The position numbers were made by a program, and so were the translations under genes. 64,000 nt of DNA from Patescibacteria group bacterium (GTDB lineage: Bacteria; Patescibacteriota; Minisyncoccia; Phycocordibacterales; UBA9973), in contig JBBTYN010000004.1 in the NCBI GenBank assembly GCA_038061755.1, positions 3,198-67,197 of the forward strand. Reading direction: 5' to 3'. The notes under the pieces are model-generated. The model did no database searches, had not been told where the DNA came from, and worked only from the letters and a program-made list of their open reading frames with translations. Below are positions 22,205 through 32,094 of the stretch, piece after piece (position 1 is the first letter of the stretch; each line of letters starts with the position of its first letter).

Positions 22205-23674
22205 TTAGCTACGACCAAAAGACATCAGCTTTGAGAGAAGACTATTTTTTTCTAAATATGATTTTATATGTTTTTTTGCAACAGAGGTTTTAACATACTC
22301 AAGCCATTTACTGGATGGCCTTGAATCTTTTTTTGTGATTATCTCAACTATATCTCCATTTTTTAATTTTGTAAAAATATGAGACATTTTACTGTTTATT
22401 TTAGCCCCAGAAATATGATTTCCAATATCTGTATGTATTGAATAAGCAAAATCTATTGGGCTTGAGTCTTCTGGTAAGTCTACAACATCTCCCTTTGGTG
22501 TAAAAATAAAGATACGATTATTAAAAAAATCCATTTTTAGGTGGTCGATAAAACTTTTCGGATCACCCGGAGAATAATTTAATTCTTTTAATTCCTCAAT
22601 CCATTTGAATTTATCTTTATCGTCCTTAGTTTTTTTTACGCCTTGTTCTTTGTAGGCGAAATGCGCAGCTATACCATAGGCTGCTTCAGTATGCATTTCT
22701 TTTGTCCTTATTTGTATTTCTGCAACACCTCCTAAACCAGTAAAAACAGTTGTGTGAATAGAGCGATAGCCATTTGGCTTTGGAATAGCAATAAAATCTT
22801 TTATTCTTCCAGGCAATGGATTCCAAATAGAATGTATTAATCCTAAAACTCGATAACAATCTTCGATACTGTCTACGACAACACGAAGTGCAACAACATC
22901 GTAAATTTTATCCAAATCCATACCATATTTTAATAATTTTTTATATAAACTATATTTATGTTTGATTCGATAATCAATTTCCACAACTTTTATATTATTT
23001 CTTAATAGTTCTTTTTTCAACACTTCACTGACTTCTGCAAGATTTTTTTCGTATGAATCTTTTTTTTCTTTAATTATTTCTTCTACTTGTGCATATTCTT
23101 TTGGGTAAGCATATGGAAAAGCAGCATTTTCCAAATCACCTTTTAATTTACCCATTCCTAGACGATCAGCTAAACGAGCGTGAATCTCAATTGTCTCCAA
23201 AGCTATACGTTTTTGTTTTTCTGGTTTTTTGTATTCCAGAGTTTGTGCATTATGTAATCTGTCGGCAAGCTTGATAATCACCACCCGAAGATCTCTTGCC
23301 ATCGCCAGGAAGAATTTTCGCAAACTTTCTACGTGGCGGTCGTCTCCTCGGTATTTTATATTACTTAATTTGGTAATTCCTTTTACCAAAAAAGCAATTT
23401 CTTCGCCGAATTCTTTTTTTATATCTTCTTCGGTTGTTTCTGTGTCTTCAACTGTGTCGTGCAAAAAACCGGCGGCAATCGTTTCCGCATCCATTTGAAG
23501 TTTGGTTAGATTCTTCGCAGTTTCAAAAGCATGTGTAAAGTATAGTTCTCCAGAATCACGTTTCTGTCCAGCGTGTGCATTTACAGCAAAATCATAAGCT
23601 TTTTTTAAAAGAACTTTTTCGCCTTCGGTAAATGGTTGCTTTTTTAGTTTATATAATTCCTCAATGTTATTCAT
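22205..23674 (-). CDS. rel: RelA/SpoT-family (p)ppGpp synthetase/hydrolase (HD-SYNTH-TGS, no C-terminal ACT)
   Basis: LHDTVED; KLADRLHN; PKPNGYRSIH; EIQIRT; FTPKG...DFAY. Confidence 0.93.
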   Translation of the reverse strand: MNNIEELYKLKKQPFTEGEKVLLKKAYDFAVNAHAGQKRDSGELYFTHAFETAKNLTKLQMDAETIAAGFLHDTVEDTETTEEDIKKEFGEEIAFLVKGITKLSNIKYRGDDRHVESLRKFFLAMARDLRVVIIKLADRLHNAQTLEYKKPEKQKRIALETIEIHARLADRLGMGKLKGDLENAAFPYAYPKEYAQVEEIIKEKKDSYEKNLAEVSEVLKKELLRNNIKVVEIDYRIKHKYSLYKKLLKYGMDLDKIYDVVALRVVVDSIEDCYRVLGLIHSIWNPLPGRIKDFIAIPKPNGYRSIHTTVFTGLGGVAEIQIRTKEMHTEAAYGIAAHFAYKEQGVKKTKDDKDKFKWIEELKELNYSPGDPKSFIDHLKMDFFNNRIFIFTPKGDVVDLPEDSSPIDFAYSIHTDIGNHISGAKINSKMSHIFTKLKNGDIVEIITKKDSRPSSKWLEYVKTSVAKKHIKSYLEKNSLLSKLMSFGRS

Positions 23675-23732
23675 TCATTTGATTATACTACAAATATAGT
23701 TTTTGTGATCATAAAATTGTAGGACTATAAAT

Positions 23733-25946
23733 TTAAGCTTCTATTTTTGGTATTTTATGAGGATTGTGCATTTTGCAAGCTTTGTTTGAACAACGTTCCG
23801 GAATAGTTTTTGTGCCTTCCATCATTAAACTTCCACATTCTTTACATATATTGCCAGTGGGTTTTGCTTTAATTGCAAATTTGCAATCTGGATAATTTGA
23901 ACAAGAATAAAAAATTCCAAAGCGTCCGCGCCTCTCTGAAATGTCTCCTTTTTTGCAAATTGGACAAATAATTCCAGTACGTTTTTTTGCCTCTTCGGCT
24001 TCATCTTTTTTTATAAATTTACATTTAGGATAACGTGAACAAGAGATGAAGGTACCTGTACCGTCACGTCTTTCTTTTATAACCAATTTTCCCCCACCGG
24101 ATTTACCTTTCTTTTCGCCACACTCTGGACATATTTCACCAGTTTCTTCAGGGCCCTTTAGCTCTGTGCCATCGAGCATTAAAGCCCCTTCACAATCTGG
24201 GTATTTTGAACAGGAATAAAATTTTCCTCCCCGAGAAAGTTTGATAATCATAGAATTACCACATTTCGGGCATTTTATATTTTCTGGCGCATCACCTAAA
24301 TTTGTCGCTTTTTCTAATTTTTCTTTTAACTTTACATCTTTTGAAAAAGGTATATAAAAATCTTTTAATGTTTTTTCATATTCACGTTCGCCTCTAGATA
24401 TTTCATCTAATTCATCTTCCATTTCAGCAGTAAATGTATCAGAAATATAGTTAGCAAAATGTTTTTCAAGAAAATCTGATACTACTTCGCCGACATCGGT
24501 TGGAAATAGTGTTTTGCCTTCTTTTCTAACATACCCTCTGTCTTCGATTGTCCTCATTATAGATGCATAAGTCGAAGGTCTTCCAATACCTCTTGCTTCA
24601 AGTTCTTTAATTAGTCCTGCTTCAGAATATCTGCCAAGAGGTTCAGTAAATTTTTCTTCTCCATTTAATTCTATGAGTTTTAATTTTTCTCCTGGTGTGC
24701 AAAGTGGAAGTTCTAGATCTTCACCTCGTGCGCCAGTATCTACAGCTAACCAACCAGGAAAAAGTAAACGGGAACCAGTTGCTGTAAAATCGGGAATTTT
24801 TGCTTCCGCAATGTTCGCAGTTATTTTTGTTTTAAGTAATTTTGCATCAGCCATTTGGGACGATATAGCGCGTTCCCATATCAACCGATAAAGCTTGCTT
24901 TGATCATCTGTTCCGGCATGTAATTTTTCTATATGAGTCGGACGAATAGCTTCGTGAGCTTCTTGAGCATTTTTTGATTTTGTTTTATAAATGTGCATTT
25001 CCGCATATTTATCTCCATATTCCTTTTTTACAAATGATATGATTTGAGCTTGAGCGGTAGATGAAAGGTTAGTACTATCTGTTCGCACATAGGTGATGTG
25101 TCCAGCTTCGTAAAGTTTTTGAGCTATTTGCATTGTGCGTGAAGGGGAATATCCAAGTCGTGAAGATGCTGTTTGTTGTAATGTAGAAGTAGTAAAAGGT
25201 GCGCGAGGAGAGCGTTTTTGTTCAGATTCTTTTACACCATTTATAATCCAAGAACCTTTTTTACCCTCAGTCATTATTTTCTCAAATAATTTTTCGTCTC
25301 GTGGTTCTTCGGAGCAAGCTAGAGTAATTTTTTCTTTTTTTAGTGTTTCAAATAATCCTAATATTTTCCAAAATTTTTCAGGAAGAAAAGCGCGAATTTC
25401 ACGTTCACGCTCCATTATTATGCGAAGCGCAGGGGATTGGACACGTCCAGCAGAAAGTCCATATCTTACTTTTTTCCAAATAAGTCCGCTTAAATCGTAT
25501 CCTACCAATCTATCAAGTACTCGACGCGCTTCTTGAGCTTTGCGTAAATTTGTATCAATTTTTCGTGGATGTTTTAATGCTTCTTCTACTGCTTCTTTAG
25601 TAATTTCATGAAAGGCAACTCTTGAGATTGGAGCTTTAATCTTTTTGTCTTGATTAAGAAGCGTTTCTATGTGCCAAGCAATAGCTTCTCCTTCACGGTC
25701 GGGGTCTGTCGCTAAAAGTATTTCATTTGCTTTTTCCGCAAGTCCCTGAAGCTCATGCACAATTTTTTCTTTACCTTTTGAAATTTCATAATGCGGAATA
25801 AATCCTCCCTCAATATCTATCGCTTGTTTATTTGATTTTGGCAAATCACGAATATGTCCGACAGATGCACGCACAGTAAATGCGCCTTCAAGATATTTCT
25901 CAATAGTTTTCGCTTTTGATGGAGATTCAACAATTAATAATTTCAT
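23733..25946 (-). CDS. topA: DNA topoisomerase I with C-terminal zinc ribbons
   Basis: IVESPSKA; ATDPDREGE; SAGRVQS; ITYVRTDS. Confidence 0.98.
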   Translation of the reverse strand: MKLLIVESPSKAKTIEKYLEGAFTVRASVGHIRDLPKSNKQAIDIEGGFIPHYEISKGKEKIVHELQGLAEKANEILLATDPDREGEAIAWHIETLLNQDKKIKAPISRVAFHEITKEAVEEALKHPRKIDTNLRKAQEARRVLDRLVGYDLSGLIWKKVRYGLSAGRVQSPALRIIMEREREIRAFLPEKFWKILGLFETLKKEKITLACSEEPRDEKLFEKIMTEGKKGSWIINGVKESEQKRSPRAPFTTSTLQQTASSRLGYSPSRTMQIAQKLYEAGHITYVRTDSTNLSSTAQAQIISFVKKEYGDKYAEMHIYKTKSKNAQEAHEAIRPTHIEKLHAGTDDQSKLYRLIWERAISSQMADAKLLKTKITANIAEAKIPDFTATGSRLLFPGWLAVDTGARGEDLELPLCTPGEKLKLIELNGEEKFTEPLGRYSEAGLIKELEARGIGRPSTYASIMRTIEDRGYVRKEGKTLFPTDVGEVVSDFLEKHFANYISDTFTAEMEDELDEISRGEREYEKTLKDFYIPFSKDVKLKEKLEKATNLGDAPENIKCPKCGNSMIIKLSRGGKFYSCSKYPDCEGALMLDGTELKGPEETGEICPECGEKKGKSGGGKLVIKERRDGTGTFISCSRYPKCKFIKKDEAEEAKKRTGIICPICKKGDISERRGRFGIFYSCSNYPDCKFAIKAKPTGNICKECGSLMMEGTKTIPERCSNKACKMHNPHKIPKIEA

Positions 25947-25996
25947 AACTCATCAAGTATTACACGAAATAGTTTTTCAATGCAAATTTTTTTAAT

Positions 25997-26857
25997 TTAA
26001 GCCAATCTTATTTCTCCTAGTTCTTCTTTAATTAATCCTTTAATTTCCATTACTGACAAAAGTGCATTGGCATTTGGTGTTGGCATTTTCATTGCGCGGA
26101 TTAAATCATCTCGAGGTATCGGTTCACGTAAAAAACTCACAACTTTTTTTTCTTCAGGCAATAAATCTAAAAATAATTTAGCTTGTTTTTCTTTGTTTTC
26201 TGGAAGCTCAAAACCTAATGCTTCTAAAACATCTTCTGCGCAAGTAACAGGTGTTGCGCCTTGATGTAGTAATTTATTTACGCCTTTTGAATTTGGAGAA
26301 AAAATTGATCCAGGCACTACTAACAGATCTCTATTATATTCTGTCGTAAGTCGCGCAGTGATAAGGGTTCCAGATCTTTCTTCTGCTTCTATTATAAGCA
26401 CTGCTTTTGAAATCCCAGCCATGAGTCTATTTCTCATCGGGAAGCTCCATTGGGTCGCTTTGAAATCAGGTTCAAATTCTGAAATTAAACATCCGCCATT
26501 TTCTACAATCTCACTTATCAGTCTGACATTAGTTTTTGGATACATTGCTTCATTTGATAATCCTGAACCAGGAAAAACTAAAGTTTTTAATCCCACTTGC
26601 ATCGCTTTTTTGTGAGCAATAGTATCTATGCCCATAGCAAAACCAGAAACTATTACTATTGGATAACCCTTTAGGCCAGCAATTATTTTTTCGCAGGCTT
26701 CGCGTCCATAAGATGTAAATTTTCTTGAACCTACGACACAAAGATATATTAAATTTTCCGAAAGCATTTCACCGATAACCCAGAGATCTTCTGGCGGTTG
26801 GGGAATTTCTAATAGCGCTTTAGGAAATTTATTTTTTGGTAATTTCTTGATTTGCAT
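25997..26857 (-). CDS. dprA: DNA protecting protein DprA
   Basis: VVGSR; VSGFAMGID; FPMRNR; SGTLITA. Confidence 0.96.
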   Translation of the reverse strand: MQIKKLPKNKFPKALLEIPQPPEDLWVIGEMLSENLIYLCVVGSRKFTSYGREACEKIIAGLKGYPIVIVSGFAMGIDTIAHKKAMQVGLKTLVFPGSGLSNEAMYPKTNVRLISEIVENGGCLISEFEPDFKATQWSFPMRNRLMAGISKAVLIIEAEERSGTLITARLTTEYNRDLLVVPGSIFSPNSKGVNKLLHQGATPVTCAEDVLEALGFELPENKEKQAKLFLDLLPEEKKVVSFLREPIPRDDLIRAMKMPTPNANALLSVMEIKGLIKEELGEIRLA

Positions 26858-26899
26858 AAAAGTTTTGTATTTGTAATTATTTTATTGTATACTATTTAT

Positions 26900-28171
26900 A
26901 TGTTAGACATCAAATTTATTCGTGAAAATAAAGATATTGTGCAGGCGGGTGCGAAGAAAAAAAATATTGAGATAGATATTGATGCTTTGATTGTGCTTGA
27001 TGATAATCGCTTAAAAGAACTTAAAGAAGTAGAAGAACTTCGTAGTGAAGTAAATAGAGTTTCAAATGATATATCTCGCGATCAAGATCCAGCATCCAAA
27101 ATTCAACTAATTGAAGAAATGCGCGCAGTGAAAGAAGACATTAAAGCAAAAGAAGAAAAATTAAAAATAACCATAGAAGAATGGCAGAAAATTATGGTGC
27201 AAGTGCCTAATGTGCCAGATATGTCTGTACCAGATGGAAAAACAGATGTGGAAAACAAAGAAGTAAAAGTTTGGGGTGAAATTCCAAAATTTGATTTTAC
27301 TCCTAAAAATCATATTGAGCTTATGGAAAATTTAGGAATACTTGATATGGCTAGAGGTGTAAAAGTTGCTGGTTTTCGTGGATATTTTTTAAAGGGTGAT
27401 GGAGCTCTTCTTGAATTTGCTTTATGGCAGTTTGTGCAGGATTTCTTTTCTAAAAAAGGAGGCTTTATTCCGATGATTGTTCCTTCTCTTTTGAAACGAG
27501 AAGTATTTTTAGGTACTGGTTATCTTCCGCAAGGTGAAGAAGATTTATACAAAACGCAAGATGGCGAGTATTTATCAGGTACAGCAGAAGTTGCAATGAT
27601 GGGGCACTATATGGGTGAAATTTTAGAAAAAAAAGATCTGCCAATAAAAATGCTTGGATTTTCTTCTGCTTTTCGTCGTGAGGCGGGAAGTCATGGTAAA
27701 GATACAAAAGGTATTCTTAGAGTTCATGAATTTTTTAAATTTGAACAAGTTGTACTTTGTGAAGCACAACATACAGAATCAGTAAAATTTCATGAAGAAA
27801 TACAACGTAATACTGAAGAAATTATGGAGGCATTAGGATTGCCTTATCATGTGGTAATAAACTGTGCTGGAGATCTTGGTTTGGGTCAAGTTAAAAAATA
27901 TGACATTGAAGCTTATTTGCCATCTGAAAATACCTATCGGGAAACTGGTTCTGCTAGTTATTTTCATGATTTTCAAACAAGACGATTAAATATCCGTTAT
28001 CGTGATGAAAATGGTAAATTAAAATTTGTTCACTCTTTAAATAATACTGCTCTTTCTGGTAGACCACTCATTATGATAGTAGAAAACTACCAACAAGCAG
28101 ACGGATCTATAAAAATTCCAGAAGTTTTACGCAAATACATGGGAGGTAAGGAATTTATAAAAAATAGCTAG
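26900..28171 (+). CDS. serS: serine--tRNA ligase
   Basis: MLDIKFIREN; FRREAGSHGKDT; RVHEF; LNNT. Confidence 0.97.
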   Translation: MLDIKFIRENKDIVQAGAKKKNIEIDIDALIVLDDNRLKELKEVEELRSEVNRVSNDISRDQDPASKIQLIEEMRAVKEDIKAKEEKLKITIEEWQKIMVQVPNVPDMSVPDGKTDVENKEVKVWGEIPKFDFTPKNHIELMENLGILDMARGVKVAGFRGYFLKGDGALLEFALWQFVQDFFSKKGGFIPMIVPSLLKREVFLGTGYLPQGEEDLYKTQDGEYLSGTAEVAMMGHYMGEILEKKDLPIKMLGFSSAFRREAGSHGKDTKGILRVHEFFKFEQVVLCEAQHTESVKFHEEIQRNTEEIMEALGLPYHVVINCAGDLGLGQVKKYDIEAYLPSENTYRETGSASYFHDFQTRRLNIRYRDENGKLKFVHSLNNTALSGRPLIMIVENYQQADGSIKIPEVLRKYMGGKEFIKNS

Positions 28172-28208
28172 GCAAGACCTAGCATGCTAGGTCTTGCCTA
28201 GCTATTTT
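28161..28208. repeat. 48-bp perfect palindrome made of two AGG-CAAGA-CCT units
   Basis: aaaatagctaggcaagacctagca|tgctaggtcttgcctagctatttt. Confidence 0.92.
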
Positions 28209-28213
28209 ACACA

Positions 28214-29101
28214 ATGCAAAAAAGAAATGTTTTAAATTCTCCTGGTCTTTTAGAATTAAAAAAAAGAAGGCATAGAGTTTTTTTTAATAAAGTTTTAATT
28301 TTTTTGTTTGGAGTTTTAGTAATTTTCTTATTATTAGTTTATCTTTCTTGTCTTAATAAATTAAATATTAGTGAAGTGGAGATTCTTGGTAATAAAGTTT
28401 TAGATACAGAAAAATTAAATAATGCAGTAGAAAAGCAAATTGCTGGAAAATATTTATGGCTTTTCCCTAAGACTAATATTTTAATATATCCCCAAAATAC
28501 TATTAAGAACGAACTTCAAAATGAGTTTAAGAGAATTAAAGATATTAATTTGAAGATTAAAAATACTAAAATATTAGAAGTATTATTGACTGAAAGAGAA
28601 GCGAAATATACTTGGTGCGGGATAATTTTTTCTGGTGTTGGAATCCCACAGGGAAGTCCAATACCCGAAAAAAAAGAAGAAAATTGTTATTTTATGGATG
28701 AAGATGGTTATATTTTTGATGAAGCGCCATATTTTTCTGGTGAAATTTATTTTAGGTTTTATGGTCAGGTAAATAGTAATCCTATTGGATTTTATTTTTT
28801 TGAACAAAATTTTAAACAATTAGTTGCTTTTAGAGATATTCTTATTAGTATTGGATTAAAACCTATAGCATTAAATATTTTGAATATTGAAGACGCAGAA
28901 ATTATTCTTTCAAGTGAAACTTCTTTAATAAATGAACCTAAAATTATTTTTAGATTAAATGCTGATTTTCAAAATGTTGCAGAAAATTTACAAACAGCTT
29001 TAAATACCGAACCCCTAAAATCAAAATTTAAAAATAAATATTCAATGTTGCAATATATTGATTTGCGATTCAAAAATAAAGTTTATGACAAATTCCAATA
29101 A
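28214..29101 (+). CDS. FtsQ/DivIB-like cell division protein
   Basis: N-terminal TM, POTRA-like region, C-terminal YIDLRF. Confidence 0.75.
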   Translation: MQKRNVLNSPGLLELKKRRHRVFFNKVLIFLFGVLVIFLLLVYLSCLNKLNISEVEILGNKVLDTEKLNNAVEKQIAGKYLWLFPKTNILIYPQNTIKNELQNEFKRIKDINLKIKNTKILEVLLTEREAKYTWCGIIFSGVGIPQGSPIPEKKEENCYFMDEDGYIFDEAPYFSGEIYFRFYGQVNSNPIGFYFFEQNFKQLVAFRDILISIGLKPIALNILNIEDAEIILSSETSLINEPKIIFRLNADFQNVAENLQTALNTEPLKSKFKNKYSMLQYIDLRFKNKVYDKFQ

Positions 29102-30137
29102 AAAAAATTTCTGGAAAAATCTTGAAAAACCATTTTTTTGTTTAGCGCCAATGTCGGACGTTACCGATATTGCTTTCCGCTCCATATTGATGAAATATAG
29201 CAAGGATAGAGAAAATAAAAACAGTGTTGTTTTTTGGACAGAATTTGTTGCAGCTGATGGTTTGTGCAATAAACTTGCTAGAAAAAAACTAGCGCATATA
29301 TTAAAATTTAAAGAGAGCGAAAGACCAATTGTAGCTCAAGTTTTTGGTGCTAATCCTGATAATATGAAGTATGCTTGCCAATATATTGCTAGCCTTGGTT
29401 TTGATGGGATAGATATAAATATGGGTTGTCCAGATAAATCTGTGGTAAGCCAAGGAGCAGGTTCTGGTTTGATTAAAAATCCATTACTTGCCAGAAAAAT
29501 TATACAGGCGGCACACGCTGGGATAGATTCTGCTGGTCTACATATCCCAGTATCTATTAAAACAAGAATTGGTTTTAATAAAGAAGAAATTGATATTTGG
29601 ATAGGGGAATTGTTAAAAGAGGATATTTCTGCTTTAACAATTCATTTGCGTACCACTAAGGAATTATCACTTGCACCGGCACATTGGGATTTAATGAAAA
29701 GAATTATTGAATTACGAAATAAAATAAGCCCAGAGACTTTAATAATTGGCAATGGAGATGTAAAAGATTTAAAAGATGGGGAGGAAAAAGCTCTAAAGTA
29801 TGGTTGTGATGGAGTTATGATCGGTCGTGGAGTTTTTGGTAATCCTTGGTTTTTTAAAAGCCAAAGGGCACCTTTGACACACTTGTCAAAGGTGCCCTTT
29901 GGCAATGAGGAATCAAATGTTAAAGAAAAATTAAAAATTTTAGTAGAGCACACACAGATTTTCGAAAAGGAACTTTCAGGACCTAAACATAAAAGTTTTG
30001 CCGTTATGAAAAAGCATTTTAAAGCGTATGTGAATGGTTTTGAAGATGCAAAAGAGCTTCGAGTAAAATTAATGGAAACAGAAAATGCTAAAGAAGTTGA
30101 GAAGATAGTTAATGATTTTTTAACTCGCCTACATTAA
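29085..30137 (+). CDS. dusB: tRNA-dihydrouridine synthase
   Basis: LAPM; DINMGCP; GNGDV; GVMIGRG; start at MTNS. Confidence 0.9.
   Translation: MTNSNKKNFWKNLEKPFFCLAPMSDVTDIAFRSILMKYSKDRENKNSVVFWTEFVAADGLCNKLARKKLAHILKFKESERPIVAQVFGANPDNMKYACQYIASLGFDGIDINMGCPDKSVVSQGAGSGLIKNPLLARKIIQAAHAGIDSAGLHIPVSIKTRIGFNKEEIDIWIGELLKEDISALTIHLRTTKELSLAPAHWDLMKRIIELRNKISPETLIIGNGDVKDLKDGEEKALKYGCDGVMIGRGVFGNPWFFKSQRAPLTHLSKVPFGNEESNVKEKLKILVEHTQIFEKELSGPKHKSFAVMKKHFKAYVNGFEDAKELRVKLMETENAKEVEKIVNDFLTRLH
29860..29903. repeat. 44-bp GCCAAAG-N5-CTTTGAC palindrome inside the dus CDS
   Basis: gccaaagggcacctttgacacacttgtcaaaggtgccctttggc, encoding SQRAPLTHLSKVPFG. Confidence 0.92.
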
Positions 30138-30177
30138 AACTATGGCGAGGCAAGATAAAATTTGATATAGTAAACTT

Positions 30178-31212
30178 ATGCATGATTTAGCTTTATATCG
30201 CAAATACAGACCGAAAAGCTTCGCTGAAGTTTTAGGGCAGGATCATATTGTAAAGGTCTTAGAAAGTTCAGTAGAAACGAATAAAGTCTCCCACGCTTAT
30301 CTTTTTGTCGGTAGCCGCGGTACGGGCAAAACTTCTGTTGCCAGAATTTTTGCGGAAAATATCGGTGTATCGGTTAATGATCTTTATGAAATAGATGCCG
30401 CTTCCAACCGAGGGATTGAAAACATCAAAGAATTGAGAGATGGCACACGAGTTTTGCCTTTTGATTCAAAATATAAAGTTTACATCATAGACGAGGTGCA
30501 TATGCTTTCTAAAGACGCTTGGGGAGCTCTTTTGAAGACTCTGGAAGAGCCACCCAAGCATGTTATTTTTATCTTAGCCACGACCGAATTTCATAAAGTT
30601 CCTGAAACAATCATTTCTCGCTGTCAGATTTTTACATTTAAAAAAGCTTCTGACGCAGTATGTAGGAAAATGTTGCTTGATGTTGCAAAGTCTGAAGGGT
30701 TTGAATTAGATGCTGGAAGCGCGGAGCTTTTATCTATTTTAGCTGATGGATCATTTCGGGATGGCTTAGGAGAACTGCAAAAAATTCTTAATTTTAGCAA
30801 GAGTAAAAAAATTAAAAAAGAAGATGTGGAGAAGATAACTGGCGCGCCGAAAACGACCTTGGTAAATGATTTTATTTCCGCTATTGCAGAAAAAGATTTA
30901 GAGAAGGGTATTGAGGCTGTGCGAATGGCCGCCGGGGAAAATTTGGATATGAAATTATATTTAAAACTTATAATTCAAAAATTTCGAATGGCAATAATTT
31001 TACGTTATGCGCCGAAATTAGAAAAAGAAATGACAGGGGATTTGGGAGAAACTGATTTAGAATTTTTGAAAGCCTTAATTAAAAAAGATTCAGAGGGAAT
31101 GCTCCGTTCTGGGGCTCTGGCTGTGCTCCTAGAAGCGTATCAAAATATGGACAATGCTTTTATTACTGAATTACCACTAGAGCTTGCATTGGTGGAAATA
31201 ATAGGGAAATAA
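30178..31212 (+). CDS. dnaX: DNA polymerase III subunit gamma/tau (short)
   Basis: LYRKYRP; GSRGTGKT; EIDAASN; DEVHML; LKTLEEPP. Confidence 0.96.
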   Translation: MHDLALYRKYRPKSFAEVLGQDHIVKVLESSVETNKVSHAYLFVGSRGTGKTSVARIFAENIGVSVNDLYEIDAASNRGIENIKELRDGTRVLPFDSKYKVYIIDEVHMLSKDAWGALLKTLEEPPKHVIFILATTEFHKVPETIISRCQIFTFKKASDAVCRKMLLDVAKSEGFELDAGSAELLSILADGSFRDGLGELQKILNFSKSKKIKKEDVEKITGAPKTTLVNDFISAIAEKDLEKGIEAVRMAAGENLDMKLYLKLIIQKFRMAIILRYAPKLEKEMTGDLGETDLEFLKALIKKDSEGMLRSGALAVLLEAYQNMDNAFITELPLELALVEIIGK

Positions 31213-31216
31213 AAAA

Positions 31217-31363
31217 GTGTGCAAAATTGATAAAAATATGATAATCTTCAATATATTTCTTCACCAGACTCATAAAAATAAAGTGGAAGAAGTAAGACAA
31301 TATTGGTCTAAAGTTACAGGCTTTTCTTTAAATAATTTTTCTACGGTATATTGGAAAAAGTAA
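31217..31363 (+). pseudogene. fragment of a tRNA-associated hypothetical protein
   Basis: Reads VCKIDKNMIIFNIFLHQTHKNKVEEVRQYWSKVTGFSLNNFSTVYWKK*. From recollection it resembles the internal LH...YWS..TG segment of a CPR family often found beside tRNAs; not verified. Confidence 0.45.
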
Positions 31364-31391
31364 AAGATATGCAATGAATTGTCGCTACTGC

Positions 31392-31462
31392 TGGGAGATC
31401 GTCTAATGGTAGGACACCTCCCTTTGAAGGAGGTTATCTTGGTTCGAATCCAAGCCTCCCAG
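31392..31462 (+). tRNA. trnQ: tRNA-Gln(TTG)
   Basis: TGGGAGA/CCTCCCA acceptor; CCTCC-CTTTGAA-GGAGG; GTTCGAATC. Confidence 0.94.
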
Positions 31463-31496
31463 CAGTGGTGAGAATTAACAAGATCTTTGAAGCCGT

Positions 31497-31535
31497 GGTA
31501 TAGCAAGGTATAGCAAGAACGGTTCTTGCTATACC
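31497..31535. repeat. AGCAAG-family palindrome with 10-bp left-arm duplication; between convergent tRNA-Gln and the HAD gene
   Basis: ggtatagcaa ggtatagcaagaac g gttcttgctatacc. Confidence 0.88.
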
Positions 31536-31542
31536 AAATAAT

Positions 31543-32088
31543 TTATTTATTAATTTCCTCCATAAGACTTTCAACACTTTGTCCTGTATAAAGAATAGTC
31601 TTTAAATTTGGATATTTTTTAAAATCAAGATTTTCAAAGTGCTTTACTTTATCATCAATAAATATTACCTTTTCATTTTTATGTTTTGCGCATATTTTTT
31701 CTACAGATTCCTTTTTGCTTCCTTGAACGACAATAATTTTAGAAAATAGGGAAGTAATATCTGTTTTTTTTATTTTATCTAATTGCCATTCCTCGCCTCC
31801 ATGGGTTACGATATAGCAATTTTCTTTTCCTAATTTCTTTATTTCATTTACTAAATCTTTATTCAAAAAATTCTCACTCCTTTCTAAAATTTTTTCATAC
31901 CAATCTTCTTTAAGAGAAAAATGACTTAGCATTTCTTTTAACCAAAATCCACTTATCCTTACTCCTTTATAATATTCTTTGGCTTGAGTACGAGGTATAC
32001 CTGCTTTTTCTAAACACGCATACATATGATCCTTAAATTGTTTTGTATTATTAAACAAGACATCATCAAAATCAAAAATATATTTCAT
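31543..32088 (-). CDS. HAD-superfamily hydrolase
   Basis: FDFDDVL; IVTHG; K; FIDD. Confidence 0.85.
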   Translation of the reverse strand: MKYIFDFDDVLFNNTKQFKDHMYACLEKAGIPRTQAKEYYKGVRISGFWLKEMLSHFSLKEDWYEKILERSENFLNKDLVNEIKKLGKENCYIVTHGGEEWQLDKIKKTDITSLFSKIIVVQGSKKESVEKICAKHKNEKVIFIDDKVKHFENLDFKKYPNLKTILYTGQSVESLMEEINK

Positions 32089-32094
32089 ATTGTA

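Noticed and set aside
23842-23855. 14-bp match in topA to the dif-like site (caatatatgtaaag on the minus strand)
   Set aside because: AT-rich, encodes the NICK zinc-ribbon residues and lacks the TTCGC/GCGAA arms; likely chance
31270-31506. 78-aa minus-strand ORF
   Set aside because: Antisense to tRNA-Gln; spurious
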